Sequence record: DRR723986_623
Direction: 5' to 3' (one strand)
Length of the DNA: 45,906 nucleotides
Below, in pieces: positions 28,066-38,085 of the stretch. The position numbers were made by a program, and so were the translations under genes. Numbering within the stretch: position 1 is the stretch's first letter; each line of letters opens with the position of its first letter. Under the pieces are notes generated by a model. That model searched no databases. It saw only the letters and a program-made list of their open reading frames with translations, and had not been told where the DNA came from.

Positions 28066-30363
28066 CTATTCGGATTTTATTAGATACTTTTTTACTATGT
28101 ATTTTCCTATCAAGGACGCGGGACTTTTTGCTTTGGCAAAAAATTCGGTAGGAACAAATCTGAGTCGAAGTTGTTCATTTTTCGAAAGAAATGGATTGTA
28201 GACTAGACGATAGATTTGAAAAATTATGCGTTCGCGCACTTTTATGTCATTAACTGATGAGAGCTCATGAAGCTCAACTTCGGTGAGTTTAGAAATATGT
28301 TTCTTATTTAGCTTAGACTCTCGCCAGTTTCGAAAGCGCTCGTACAATGGGGCCGATAGCGGTATTTTTTGGACGTTTTCTGAGGAATACACATATTCGA
28401 TCTGTCCCGGAATACGAATTTTGAGAAAATCTAGAGCGCGACTAGGCAATTCGTTAGTTTTTCGAGTATTTAGTGTATTTGGTTGGAGAGAGAAACTATA
28501 AATCTTATTTCTTAACTGAAATATGTATAATAAAACTTTTTCGAAATTAACAACATATCCGTTGTTCACTATTTCTACAATTTGATTGATACTCTTTTCC
28601 TTTACATTGACATTGACGCTATCAATAAAATAATCGACATCGCCAAAAATGTAGCAGGGCTTTTCAGCAAGCATAGCTTGGTAACCGTCATTGGAATTAT
28701 AAAGATAAACTGCGTCACTTATCTCAATAAGATCCACGACAGAAAAATTTGCATCAAGGAATTTTATGTTATTATCTAAAATATATTCTTGATACTTATT
28801 TTCACATATGAGTGTCCAGCCCATTTGTGCCATCTCAGAGGCCAGTAGCGTGACTTTTCTGAGGAAATCATCGTATCTTTCAGTGCGTATTGGTTTTGGT
28901 TCGAGGTCCAAACCTTCATTGCTCTCAAGAGAGACGAACAGTAGACGGCGGCCTATTATCCCGTGTTGCCTCTCAATTTCCTTTCGAACCCATTCAATGG
29001 GTTCATGTGGCTTGAAAGTCCTTCTGGGTCTAGTTTCTTCGATGTAAATACGAGTTTCTTCTTTCTGAAGAGATGTTAAAGATATTCTCCAATCAAAGAT
29101 ATTAGGGGCACAAAGTTCCCTTGACCTGGTGCCGATTTTCCAACTATGTGGCAAATGTCCGTCATGAATTGAATTGATACGGATGTCACTTTTCAATAGC
29201 CAATTGTATACGTATCTTATTTTTTCGCTCTCGAAGTCACCGACCGACAAAGCTTCTCGAATATCGCAGTCCAAGAGGATTTTTTTGACTTTATTCTCCA
29301 AAAAAACGCCATCTTGAAATATGTCATTTTCTTCTAGAAATAAGATTTCTCCGATATACGGGATTACATCTCTGAAGGAGTTGATGATAGAGTTCCTATC
29401 GTCGCAAATGCACAAAAGTAAATTGCCACTTGCTTCTTGCGCGATGAGCGGGTGGGGGTGGACTCTATCTTGCTCAAAGTCATGAAATATGTCTCTCCAG
29501 ATTTCCCTATTTCGTTGGATTCTGTTTTTATCGTAAAATGACGACTCGTTATCGCGAGGGTGCCAAAGATGTACTGCAAACAAGTAGCTTAACAAAGCCT
29601 CTCGCCCGAGTAATGAAAATTGAGCACGAAACCCTTCATATCTCGCGCTTTGCCAGTTACGTGTGTCCAAGTAGTAATTTTCTGGCGGCTCAAGATGAGC
29701 AGATTCAATCAGCAGGCGATGATACAACTCAAAATCTTCATAGCCATGCCCTTCAAACTCAGAACTGTGCCCCCCTACCGAAAGATAATGATGTCGATTT
29801 AGCACCATAATCGAACTGCACGGAGCAAATCCCTCAATCAGATTGCCGGTATCACAAATATAGTCACGAATTACTTCCAGGTAAGCCTTCTCGTGGTTAT
29901 TTTTTTCTAACTTTAAGAATTTCTCAGTTCCTTTTTTGGACAGATAGAATACTGGAATGGAAAAAAATTTCTTCTTTATAGAGTGCATTTCTTGAACATC
30001 TGCAAACATTAGGACTCTTCTCCAGAAATCTGGATAAGTTTTACAGTCAACATCGAGAAATGTAACAAATCTTCCCAATGCGTTTCTGACGCCAAAATCT
30101 CGTGCCGCGCCAATGGAAAATACATCGCTACCGGCTTCATGCCGGACATACTTAACGCGATGTTTCTGACATATTTCCAAGCTCGTGTTATTGCCATGCC
30201 AGCTGGAACCAGAGTCTACTATCAGTAGTTCGAAAGAATCTTCCCGTGGAAACTCTGAGCAGATGTCTTTTAATCTCTGAAGCAAATGAGGGAGCCTGTC
30301 ATTATTCCTAAAAGGTACTATGACGGACAAAATAATATCGGAATTATTTTTTGAACTTTTCAT
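28066..30363 (-). CDS. GT2 glycosyltransferase fused to a degenerate KpsS/capsule-synthesis-like domain
   Basis: SVIVPF, VDSGS, FLDVD and GGHSSEFEGHGYEDFE; C-terminal DLIEISDAVYLYNSNDGYQAMLAEKPC. Confidence 0.82.
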   Translation of the reverse strand: MKSSKNNSDIILSVIVPFRNNDRLPHLLQRLKDICSEFPREDSFELLIVDSGSSWHGNNTSLEICQKHRVKYVRHEAGSDVFSIGAARDFGVRNALGRFVTFLDVDCKTYPDFWRRVLMFADVQEMHSIKKKFFSIPVFYLSKKGTEKFLKLEKNNHEKAYLEVIRDYICDTGNLIEGFAPCSSIMVLNRHHYLSVGGHSSEFEGHGYEDFELYHRLLIESAHLEPPENYYLDTRNWQSARYEGFRAQFSLLGREALLSYLFAVHLWHPRDNESSFYDKNRIQRNREIWRDIFHDFEQDRVHPHPLIAQEASGNLLLCICDDRNSIINSFRDVIPYIGEILFLEENDIFQDGVFLENKVKKILLDCDIREALSVGDFESEKIRYVYNWLLKSDIRINSIHDGHLPHSWKIGTRSRELCAPNIFDWRISLTSLQKEETRIYIEETRPRRTFKPHEPIEWVRKEIERQHGIIGRRLLFVSLESNEGLDLEPKPIRTERYDDFLRKVTLLASEMAQMGWTLICENKYQEYILDNNIKFLDANFSVVDLIEISDAVYLYNSNDGYQAMLAEKPCYIFGDVDYFIDSVNVNVKEKSINQIVEIVNNGYVVNFEKVLLYIFQLRNKIYSFSLQPNTLNTRKTNELPSRALDFLKIRIPGQIEYVYSSENVQKIPLSAPLYERFRNWRESKLNKKHISKLTEVELHELSSVNDIKVRERIIFQIYRLVYNPFLSKNEQLRLRFVPTEFFAKAKSPASLIGKYIVKKYLIKSE

Positions 30364-30841
30364 TTGACTTGCACGTTGGTCACAGGGATGTCGATGGCCA
30401 AATACAGAAGGCTATCCTTAAATTTGATCTAGCTATTTCATAGCGTATGAAAATTTTAAAGGGCATTTGTTTTCACTCATTAGGCGGTTTTGCAGCACCT
30501 CTTCCCAAAGCGTTCAATATCAAACAGCTCCAGGCAGATACCACAGCTCGCATATTCAAGAAACGGTAATTGCCTTTTCAACGTGGATATCAATTAGCGG
30601 CGACGATAGTCATCATAAGGATTGCTGGAACTCTTCAGCTAGACGGTATCTCTAGGGCGAACCAGCTGAAAAATTGAATACCCATGGACAACAAATCTCA
30701 ATTCGAATAGTGCTTGGTTGAGTAGCGTAGCGAAGATCAAGCGACCAAATGCTGGTATGAGTATTGGTCAAATAATTATGTTTTCGTAACTGTACTAAGG
30801 CCGGTATCGATCAAGTATCGAAAAAAAAGGAAAGAAAACTT

Positions 30842-31828
30842 ATGATTGGTAGTACGAAAGATATTAAGGCAATTCTAAAGAAGATCGAGACTGGAATATC
30901 GACCCTTAATGCAGGAGACGAAACTAAATCAAAATTATTTAAAGAGATAAAAGACCTAAAAACAGAAGTACGGGCATTGGGGGATGTTAAAAATGAACTG
31001 ACGCGTCTCCGCTCACTAGAAGAGAGCATGATCAGCACCACCAAGGAGCTCATTGGCGTCAAGGCACTAGTTAAGGAATTGCAGCGGGTCCAGGATTTGC
31101 GCTCTCTTGCAATGCACTCGGGGGCAAAAATCGACAGTCAGCTGGTCAAAAAACATAACTATAATATGCAATTCGTTGATTCAGTTTACGAGTTCGAGTT
31201 GCAGAACATTGGCGACGTGCTGAGCCGCGTCATGAGTACTACTGACAACTCATTTACCTCGGGTGAGCGAGGAGGTCCAGCCGATCCAATGGCATTGACC
31301 GGTGGTCACTTCAAGACGATGTTAAAGCGGTATATGTTTGCAGGAAAGGTTTTCTCTGAAGGTAAGAAAGTTTACGATTGTTGCTGCGGTCGAGGATGGG
31401 GAACAATTATTCTCTCACAATATGCATCAGAAATTTTTGCTGTCGATTATGATCGAGATCTGATTGCGCAGTGCAAGGAGTTTTGGGGTAACGAAAAGAT
31501 AAACTGGACATTCGGAAGTGTCTTGGATGAGACATGCCTGGCAGACGAAAAGTTCGACGTGGTGACAGGCATGGAAATTATCGAGCATTTTACACAACCT
31601 GATGGTCGTGTCCTGTTTAAGAACATCAGTGATCGCTTGAACGATAACGGCGCTTTTGTTGGAACATCCTACTTTCCAGACACGAGAAGGCAGGCAGACA
31701 ACCATGCCACTTTGAAGCGTCCTGATCATCACTTCCTTTGGACAAAGGACGAATTGAGAGATGAATTGTCTAAATATTTCAGAGAAGTCGTTATTGTAGA
31801 TAGTTGGATGGTAATTGCGACGCGATAG
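30842..31828 (+). CDS. Class I SAM methyltransferase with N-terminal coiled coil
   Basis: Heptad-rich first ~90 aa; RY.FA, YDCCCGRGWG and MEIIEHF motifs. Confidence 0.85.
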   Translation: MIGSTKDIKAILKKIETGISTLNAGDETKSKLFKEIKDLKTEVRALGDVKNELTRLRSLEESMISTTKELIGVKALVKELQRVQDLRSLAMHSGAKIDSQLVKKHNYNMQFVDSVYEFELQNIGDVLSRVMSTTDNSFTSGERGGPADPMALTGGHFKTMLKRYMFAGKVFSEGKKVYDCCCGRGWGTIILSQYASEIFAVDYDRDLIAQCKEFWGNEKINWTFGSVLDETCLADEKFDVVTGMEIIEHFTQPDGRVLFKNISDRLNDNGAFVGTSYFPDTRRQADNHATLKRPDHHFLWTKDELRDELSKYFREVVIVDSWMVIATR

Positions 31829-31860
31829 TAGGAATTTGGGTCAATATTCTGGGTTAAAAA

Positions 31861-34800
31861 ATGCAACCTCACTTGTCAGTAATAGTGCCTGTGTTCAAGA
31901 CGGAAAAGTATCTCGATAAGTGTCTACTTTCAATTCGTGCACAAACGCTTGAAAATATCGAAATTATTTGCGTAGATGATTGCTCACCAGACCAAAGTGC
32001 GAAGATAATCGAAAAGCACAGGGCTCTGGATAGTAGAATAATTTACATTAAACATGATCAGAATTTGGGTCTAGGCGGAGCACGCAATACAGGCATTCGC
32101 GCGGCACGATCAGAATGGATCGGAAGCGTCGATAGTGACGACTATATTAAACCGAACATGTTTGAGCGCATGTTGGAGGCGGCAGAAGGGGGGGAGCACG
32201 ATATTGTATGTTGCGCATACGAACGAGTTGACCACAATGGCAACGTCCTCCAAACACACCGCATGAAATCTGGGGTGCTAAAAAATGAGGAGAATTCGCT
32301 CAATATTTTTTCAAATGTAAGTCCATCATTCTGGAACAAAATTTGGAAAAAATCTTTGTATGAAAAGTATGATATATTTTTTCCTGAGCACGTATTTTAC
32401 CAGGACTTCGCCACCACACCAAGAATATTGTCCAAGGCAAAGTCTATTCGAGTGATAGAAGACACTTTGTATCTTTATCTTACCCGTGAAGATTCAGCGT
32501 CCTATACATATAGCGCGAAGCACTTGACGGACTATGCAAAGGTTTTTCAAGTTATAAGTGACTTTCTACATGATAATAATATCGAAAATAGATATAAGGG
32601 TGAATTTTTGGATTACGTTTCTAGAGGGGTAGGTTACCACGCTAGAAATGTAATGGACTCGGGAATGACAGAACGTTCCAAAGTAGAATATTTGAAAACA
32701 CTTTTTTACATCAAAATTGGATTTAACACGACAGCAGGATTACTAAATAGTTTAGCAGCAGAAGAAGTACAGCGTTTAGTTGAAAATGCCTCAACAGCTA
32801 GCGATTTGAAGACAGTCGACGGTTTTAGGGAAATTCCGCTCACAGTATTGGTGAAGACATTTCTGCGCCCGGAGGATTTGAAGCGCTTCTTGATTTCCGC
32901 TGGGCAATACGAACGCCGGTACCAAATCAGATTTTCCGAAATTATAGTTGGAGATGATTCTCCAGAGGAATTTACGGCGAAGAACAGAAAGGTCATTAAC
33001 TCTGTTAAGGAGCTGTTTCCCGGGATACGAATCAAACACGACGTATACGACGTGAATATTGGCCTCTCTGCCGGACGAAACCGCTTGGTAGAGGCAGCTG
33101 ATACGGACCTTATTGTCCTATGTGATGATGATTTTATATTAGATATTGATTGCGATGTCGAAGCTGTTGTCTCCGATTTGTTGAGAAAAAATTACGATAT
33201 AGTCGGTGGTTGGCTCAAGAACAAGTACAACGAGAAGACAGGAGAATATGAGTTTTGGGGCAGTCGCGGGAAATATTCCGAAACTTCAGAAGAACTATTT
33301 ATAGAAGTAAATGAAAAAAGCCAAATGTCGGACGAGATTGTAGATTCTGACTACATCTTGAATTTTTTCATTGCCCGGAAAGATGTATTATTGAGCATTC
33401 CTTGGAATGAAGATCTCAAACTCGAAGAACACCAAGAGTTTTTTTATCGACATTGGAAGAGGGAGACAAAAATTGGTTTTTCAAATAAGTTGTTTGTAAA
33501 GCATATCGCCGATAGAACGCAGAATTCTGAAAAATATAACTATTTCAGATATAGCCACGAGCACTGGAAGCAGTTTCTGTTTCTTGCAATTTTGAAAATG
33601 GGCAAAAAAAAGCGCACCTTTCATCGTTGGCGGGATGGATACTATGTCAATTGGCATGTCGATGCCCTGCTTGAAACAACAAAGGAACGTCGAGTTGAGT
33701 TGAGGGAAGAAACTCTTGGCTTGTGTGTTCCGTGCGATAGGATTACCCCAGAATACCAAAATTACTTTTTTGGGTATTTTGATATTAGTTCCGTTGATGA
33801 AAAGAATACCTTCGCCTTAGCGCTCAGGTGTCCAATAATTGATCGCCTGCCAGTGGCAACCGACAAACTTGACATTGTTTTGATCGATTTGCTTGACAAA
33901 AGTGTAAACAAAATTGGGTCAACCAATGCCTGGTGTCATCAGCAAGGCGCAAGCCTTCAATTCATACCCGGCCGTAATCAAGTTATTTTTAATAGCTATG
34001 ATGAGATGACCGAGAAATTCTTTTCCAAGATTATTTCTCTTGAAACTAGGGAAGAACGAGACCTTGATCTTCCCGTGTCGTGCATTTCTCAGGACGGGAC
34101 TAAAGCGTTAAGTTTGAATTTCTCTAGATTATATGACTATCGCCCGGGATATGGGTATGTAAATCGCGAGGATCCATGGACTTCAGATAATGCCCCCCCA
34201 GACGATGGCCTGTTTTTTGTAGATCTGAATACTGGGAATTCGAGCTTAATTCTAAGTTATGCCGACTTGTCTCGAGAACTTAGTAAAGGTCCGTATGGAG
34301 AATTTCAGTGTCAAAAGTGGGTGATCAACCATGCGACGCTAAGTCCTGATAGCAAGAATATATTCATGTTGGTGCGGACTTTCTCCGACGATCCTCCTTT
34401 TCCAACATTTGCGGTCCTCTGTGATGCCAAGGGAGGAAACATTAGACAGATATTTGGCTTTGTTTCACATTATCACTGGAAAGACGATGAGGTTATCCTA
34501 GTCTCCGGTGCTCCTGGTTTCACGAGGAAGGAGGCCAAACGTATTGGTGTCTATGAGATCAATACAAAAGACGGGAGTTTCACGCGCATAGGCGCAGACG
34601 AATTAATTGGAGATGGCCACTGCACCTATTCTCCGGATCGCTCCAAGATTCTCTACGACAATTACCCAACGACAGAATTTCCTTATCGAAAGATACAAAT
34701 TTACGATCTGGAGAAGGAAACCTCCGTCATTCTTGGGCAATTTTACGCACCTATGGAGATTTACAAGGAAAATCCCGATTTGAGATGCGACCTCCATCCT

Positions 34801-35313
34801 AGATGGAGTCCAGATGGCAAAAATGTTACTTTCGACTCGATACATGAAGGTTATCGTGCCCAGTACCTTCTGGACTTACGGAATTTAGAAGATGCTGAAC
34901 TTACTGGCGAAGGTAATCTTTCGGAGGAGGACTATAAGATATGGTATCGGGCGAAATACTTGAGTAAGGGTCGCGAACTTGGTAGTGCAACGTCTGAAGA
35001 GAAATTAAAGATTGCGAATAAACTTTTTGACGAAGGTAAGTTAGCTTACCACAAAGGAGATCTCGAAGAGGCAGTTGAATTTTTCTCGCAATCATTAAAT
35101 GTAAATAGTCAAAATGCAGCCTTAATACGTTGTCTCGCAGAAGTTTTAGTTCAGCAAAATGAAAGAAGAAAAGCTATTCATCAGCTGAAAATCGCTAGAA
35201 AACTGTTGCCAAGGAATAAGAACTTAAAGAAGAGAATCTTGGTTCTGCGCTTCCCTATCCTTCGAAAAGTTTTTGGAGAATGTTCGTATCCAATTCCCGA
35301 AAATAACGTCTAA
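31861..35313 (+). CDS. Multidomain protein: GT2 + second GT2 + beta-propeller (TolB/oligogalacturonate-lyase-like) + TPR
   Basis: SVIVPVF...VDDCSPD...ARNTG...VDSDD; KTFLRP...GDDS...GRN...CDDDF...EH.EFF; DGHCTYSPD and RCDLHPRWSPDG; TPR-like helices at the C-terminus. Confidence 0.82.
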   Translation: MQPHLSVIVPVFKTEKYLDKCLLSIRAQTLENIEIICVDDCSPDQSAKIIEKHRALDSRIIYIKHDQNLGLGGARNTGIRAARSEWIGSVDSDDYIKPNMFERMLEAAEGGEHDIVCCAYERVDHNGNVLQTHRMKSGVLKNEENSLNIFSNVSPSFWNKIWKKSLYEKYDIFFPEHVFYQDFATTPRILSKAKSIRVIEDTLYLYLTREDSASYTYSAKHLTDYAKVFQVISDFLHDNNIENRYKGEFLDYVSRGVGYHARNVMDSGMTERSKVEYLKTLFYIKIGFNTTAGLLNSLAAEEVQRLVENASTASDLKTVDGFREIPLTVLVKTFLRPEDLKRFLISAGQYERRYQIRFSEIIVGDDSPEEFTAKNRKVINSVKELFPGIRIKHDVYDVNIGLSAGRNRLVEAADTDLIVLCDDDFILDIDCDVEAVVSDLLRKNYDIVGGWLKNKYNEKTGEYEFWGSRGKYSETSEELFIEVNEKSQMSDEIVDSDYILNFFIARKDVLLSIPWNEDLKLEEHQEFFYRHWKRETKIGFSNKLFVKHIADRTQNSEKYNYFRYSHEHWKQFLFLAILKMGKKKRTFHRWRDGYYVNWHVDALLETTKERRVELREETLGLCVPCDRITPEYQNYFFGYFDISSVDEKNTFALALRCPIIDRLPVATDKLDIVLIDLLDKSVNKIGSTNAWCHQQGASLQFIPGRNQVIFNSYDEMTEKFFSKIISLETREERDLDLPVSCISQDGTKALSLNFSRLYDYRPGYGYVNREDPWTSDNAPPDDGLFFVDLNTGNSSLILSYADLSRELSKGPYGEFQCQKWVINHATLSPDSKNIFMLVRTFSDDPPFPTFAVLCDAKGGNIRQIFGFVSHYHWKDDEVILVSGAPGFTRKEAKRIGVYEINTKDGSFTRIGADELIGDGHCTYSPDRSKILYDNYPTTEFPYRKIQIYDLEKETSVILGQFYAPMEIYKENPDLRCDLHPRWSPDGKNVTFDSIHEGYRAQYLLDLRNLEDAELTGEGNLSEEDYKIWYRAKYLSKGRELGSATSEEKLKIANKLFDEGKLAYHKGDLEEAVEFFSQSLNVNSQNAALIRCLAEVLVQQNERRKAIHQLKIARKLLPRNKNLKKRILVLRFPILRKVFGECSYPIPENNV

Positions 35314-35346
35314 CAAGGGAAAGGGAGGCTTGAAGAGCCGGTCTGG

Positions 35347-37629
35347 CTAACTCTCGGCAACCAGCTCACGCATCAAATCTGCATATCTTTCGAACTTGTG
35401 ATGACTTTCGAAGGTTTGGGTTGAGACGCTTCGCATAAAGTTCCATAGATTGTTGTCGATCTTGAGTGCAACACAGGCTTCGGAAAAACTTTTAACCCCT
35501 TCTGTGGCCTCAAGGCCAAATGCCAGGTCAACGCCTTCCAACGCTGCGGGAGTTGCTACCAGCGCCTTTCCGTGGCTCATAGCCTCAATAACCTTGATCT
35601 TCATGCCGGTTCCGTAGCGAATAGGACAGATAACGGTCCTTGCGCAGTCGTAGAGTCGGGAAAGATCTTCGACGAAGCCGGATTGAAAAACACTTCCGTC
35701 GGTTTGTGCTGCTAAGGCTCGCTTAACACTTGTGTTTCTAATGACACCTCCCTGGACAAGCAGTGTTGCCTCCGGCAGTCGAAGCGTGACGAGCGGCCAA
35801 CAGTTTTCTAAGAACCAACAGATGCCGTCGACGTTGGGGTCTGAGTTCGAGCCGACAAACAGAAAGTCAAACTGCAATGCTGAAGCCTTCGGTCTGGAGC
35901 CAGTAGGCAGGTCGGCACTTGCAGGAAAAGTCTTAAGGTTGGAAATTGAACCGTAGCGTTCCTGCAAGCGTTGTTTATCTCTCTCTGAAATACAAATCCC
36001 AATATCGCATTTGTTGAGGAGTAAGTTCTCGCTTTTCACAGCTCGCGAAAAGTACGTTTTGCGTCTTAGTCGGTTTACCTTGGGTAGAACGTCGTTTTTT
36101 ATCCGATCGGCTTGAACATCATGAAGATCCGCAATGATGCGCGACCCATTCGCTTTGAAACCAGGTGGAATAAGCTTCAGGTAATTGAATACAATGGTGT
36201 CGTATGATCTTTGTTCGATCATCTTTTTCAGACAAGTGCGGAGGGCATGGGGATTATGACGGAGAGAATTTAGATCTCCATCATGAATGAATAGGTGTTC
36301 AATCATGCGGCCAAGTCGATAAGTAGTTAGGTCTCGAAAATTTTTTAAACTTATTATTTTTTGAATTATAGGATGTTTTACAATAGTAAATCCTGCACCA
36401 GGATAACGAGTTTGTAAACGAGTTACTAGATCTTCATTTTCGGTTGCCGCTTCGCTTTGATTAAGCAGGAGTACATCAATATGCTGATCAGTTTGAAGAA
36501 GCGCCCGTAGAGTATGGTCGGTGCGCAGCGCGCTGCCTCGATTTATCGGGTAGGGAATTACTGACGTAACAAAAAGGATCCGCTTTTTCGCGGATATCTT
36601 GGGAGTGTTCACCACGTCAAATGAAATTTTCCTCGTGATGTTTCTGTATGCTCCATCGGACTGCTTGATGTGTTGCGTTTCGAATTTTCCAAAAGAATAA
36701 ACATTTTCCGTGAGATGATGAAATAGCCTATTCCGTGTATCCCGATCAACCTTGGGCAAATCACGCAATGCTGCAATGACGTCAGTTGAGCAAGATACAA
36801 ATTTATTCAGTTTTTCATGTGAGTAATATGCAGTTCCAGCGATCAAAACAGGTTTTTCCCACATTTGAGCGAGTAGACCTACGCCGCTGTTCACCACCAA
36901 AACTGCATCAGCTAGGTCTATCAGGTCGTTAATGTGAGTTTCGTCGTCGACAAATTGAAGGTTTCTCGAAGGACGTTCAACTTCTAGCGGGTGGCGTTTT
37001 GCTATAAGTGTCCAATCAGATCCAGCTTGGTAGAGTTCGGCGTTTACATCTTCAACCAGACTTACAAAATTTTCAAAATTACCTATAGGGCCTGAAAAGT
37101 ACTTAATTGTGGTATCTGAAGGCCGTTGGAAAGGGACTAGTAATACCTTTTTTCCTTCGAGGTTGAGTTTTTTTCGCAAAGCTTCCGAGTTTATCCGACA
37201 CCCTTGTTGTTCCAATGGCTCAGATTCGTCTCGCAGACGATGAATAACTTTTTCGACACTCGTATGTTCAATGTCAGTAAGAGGGCGATCCCAGCGTTTA
37301 GCCTGGTAGCTATCACTGTCGGCATTAAAACCTGTGTCGAAAAACCAAGAACCCGGCAGCCCGCCGCGATCAAATACGATCACAGGGAATTTCATTGCTC
37401 GAAGTTTTTGGTAGATCTCAAGTCGATTGGGATTTCCGTATGGGTTTGGCATAATTGCAGCATCAGCACCACTCGAGAGAATGGTGTTTATGCCAATTAC
37501 GCAAGATCTGAAGTCGCGCTCAGAGCGAAAGCAAACAATATTAAAATTATCCTTCAGGGTTTCAATTATGCTATTGTAAGCTGCAGAATTTTTTGTGCCC
37601 AAGGCAAAAATATTTATTTTATTCTTCAT
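35347..37629 (-). CDS. KpsS/capsule-synthesis-like domain fused to a GT4-type glycosyltransferase
   Basis: DRGGLP, FQRPSD, KRHP and NSGVG; C-terminal PNVDGI.WF and GTGMKIKVIEAMSHG. Confidence 0.82.
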   Translation of the reverse strand: MKNKINIFALGTKNSAAYNSIIETLKDNFNIVCFRSERDFRSCVIGINTILSSGADAAIMPNPYGNPNRLEIYQKLRAMKFPVIVFDRGGLPGSWFFDTGFNADSDSYQAKRWDRPLTDIEHTSVEKVIHRLRDESEPLEQQGCRINSEALRKKLNLEGKKVLLVPFQRPSDTTIKYFSGPIGNFENFVSLVEDVNAELYQAGSDWTLIAKRHPLEVERPSRNLQFVDDETHINDLIDLADAVLVVNSGVGLLAQMWEKPVLIAGTAYYSHEKLNKFVSCSTDVIAALRDLPKVDRDTRNRLFHHLTENVYSFGKFETQHIKQSDGAYRNITRKISFDVVNTPKISAKKRILFVTSVIPYPINRGSALRTDHTLRALLQTDQHIDVLLLNQSEAATENEDLVTRLQTRYPGAGFTIVKHPIIQKIISLKNFRDLTTYRLGRMIEHLFIHDGDLNSLRHNPHALRTCLKKMIEQRSYDTIVFNYLKLIPPGFKANGSRIIADLHDVQADRIKNDVLPKVNRLRRKTYFSRAVKSENLLLNKCDIGICISERDKQRLQERYGSISNLKTFPASADLPTGSRPKASALQFDFLFVGSNSDPNVDGICWFLENCWPLVTLRLPEATLLVQGGVIRNTSVKRALAAQTDGSVFQSGFVEDLSRLYDCARTVICPIRYGTGMKIKVIEAMSHGKALVATPAALEGVDLAFGLEATEGVKSFSEACVALKIDNNLWNFMRSVSTQTFESHHKFERYADLMRELVAES

Positions 37630-38085
37630 ATCTTGGAGTCGCTATAACAAAAAACAGATTGTTGGTGTTGGCTTTTCTGGCGAATGCTTCAGTCGTTAAA
37701 CAAGTCGCTAATCTTTCAGTCGATCAACACTTGAGCCAATTTGTTATGTGCGCCTTTTAGTCGAGTTTGAGCAATCAATTGGCTGCGAAGTCTTTGTTTC
37801 ATTGGGCGGATTGTCGCATTTGTTTTCACCTTATTTATATCAGTTTAAAGCACAGCGAAGCTGGTTGGTGTTGGGAAATTTGGTTTTGTCACGAGTTTTA
37901 AGTCCACTTGACAAACACGACTGGCGACTATCCTAGCTCGATCATTTGGATAGCGACCTTCGTTTTGACACGTTCACTCTGGTCCGCCAAAACAAAGTAG
38001 CATAGATCCTTGGTGCTTCTGCGGGAGACAACGATTAAGTAAGAAGCTTTGTACGCCACTCCGCACCTAGTTTTGGGACATCCCT

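Larger units (their letters stand above)
27476..38085. other. AT-rich serotype-specific capsule biosynthesis block, probably horizontally acquired
   Basis: Visibly much lower GC than the flanks; lies between kpsE and the kpsC-like gene. Confidence 0.75.

Noticed and set aside
30705-30735. AGTGCTTGGT...GTAGCGT resembling JUMPstart/ops
   Set aside because: The GGCGGTAG core is missing; the match is too weak
32188-33611. G7 and A8 homopolymers in the large GT as phase-variation tracts
   Set aside because: Too short to indicate contingency loci; A-runs are expected in AT-rich DNA
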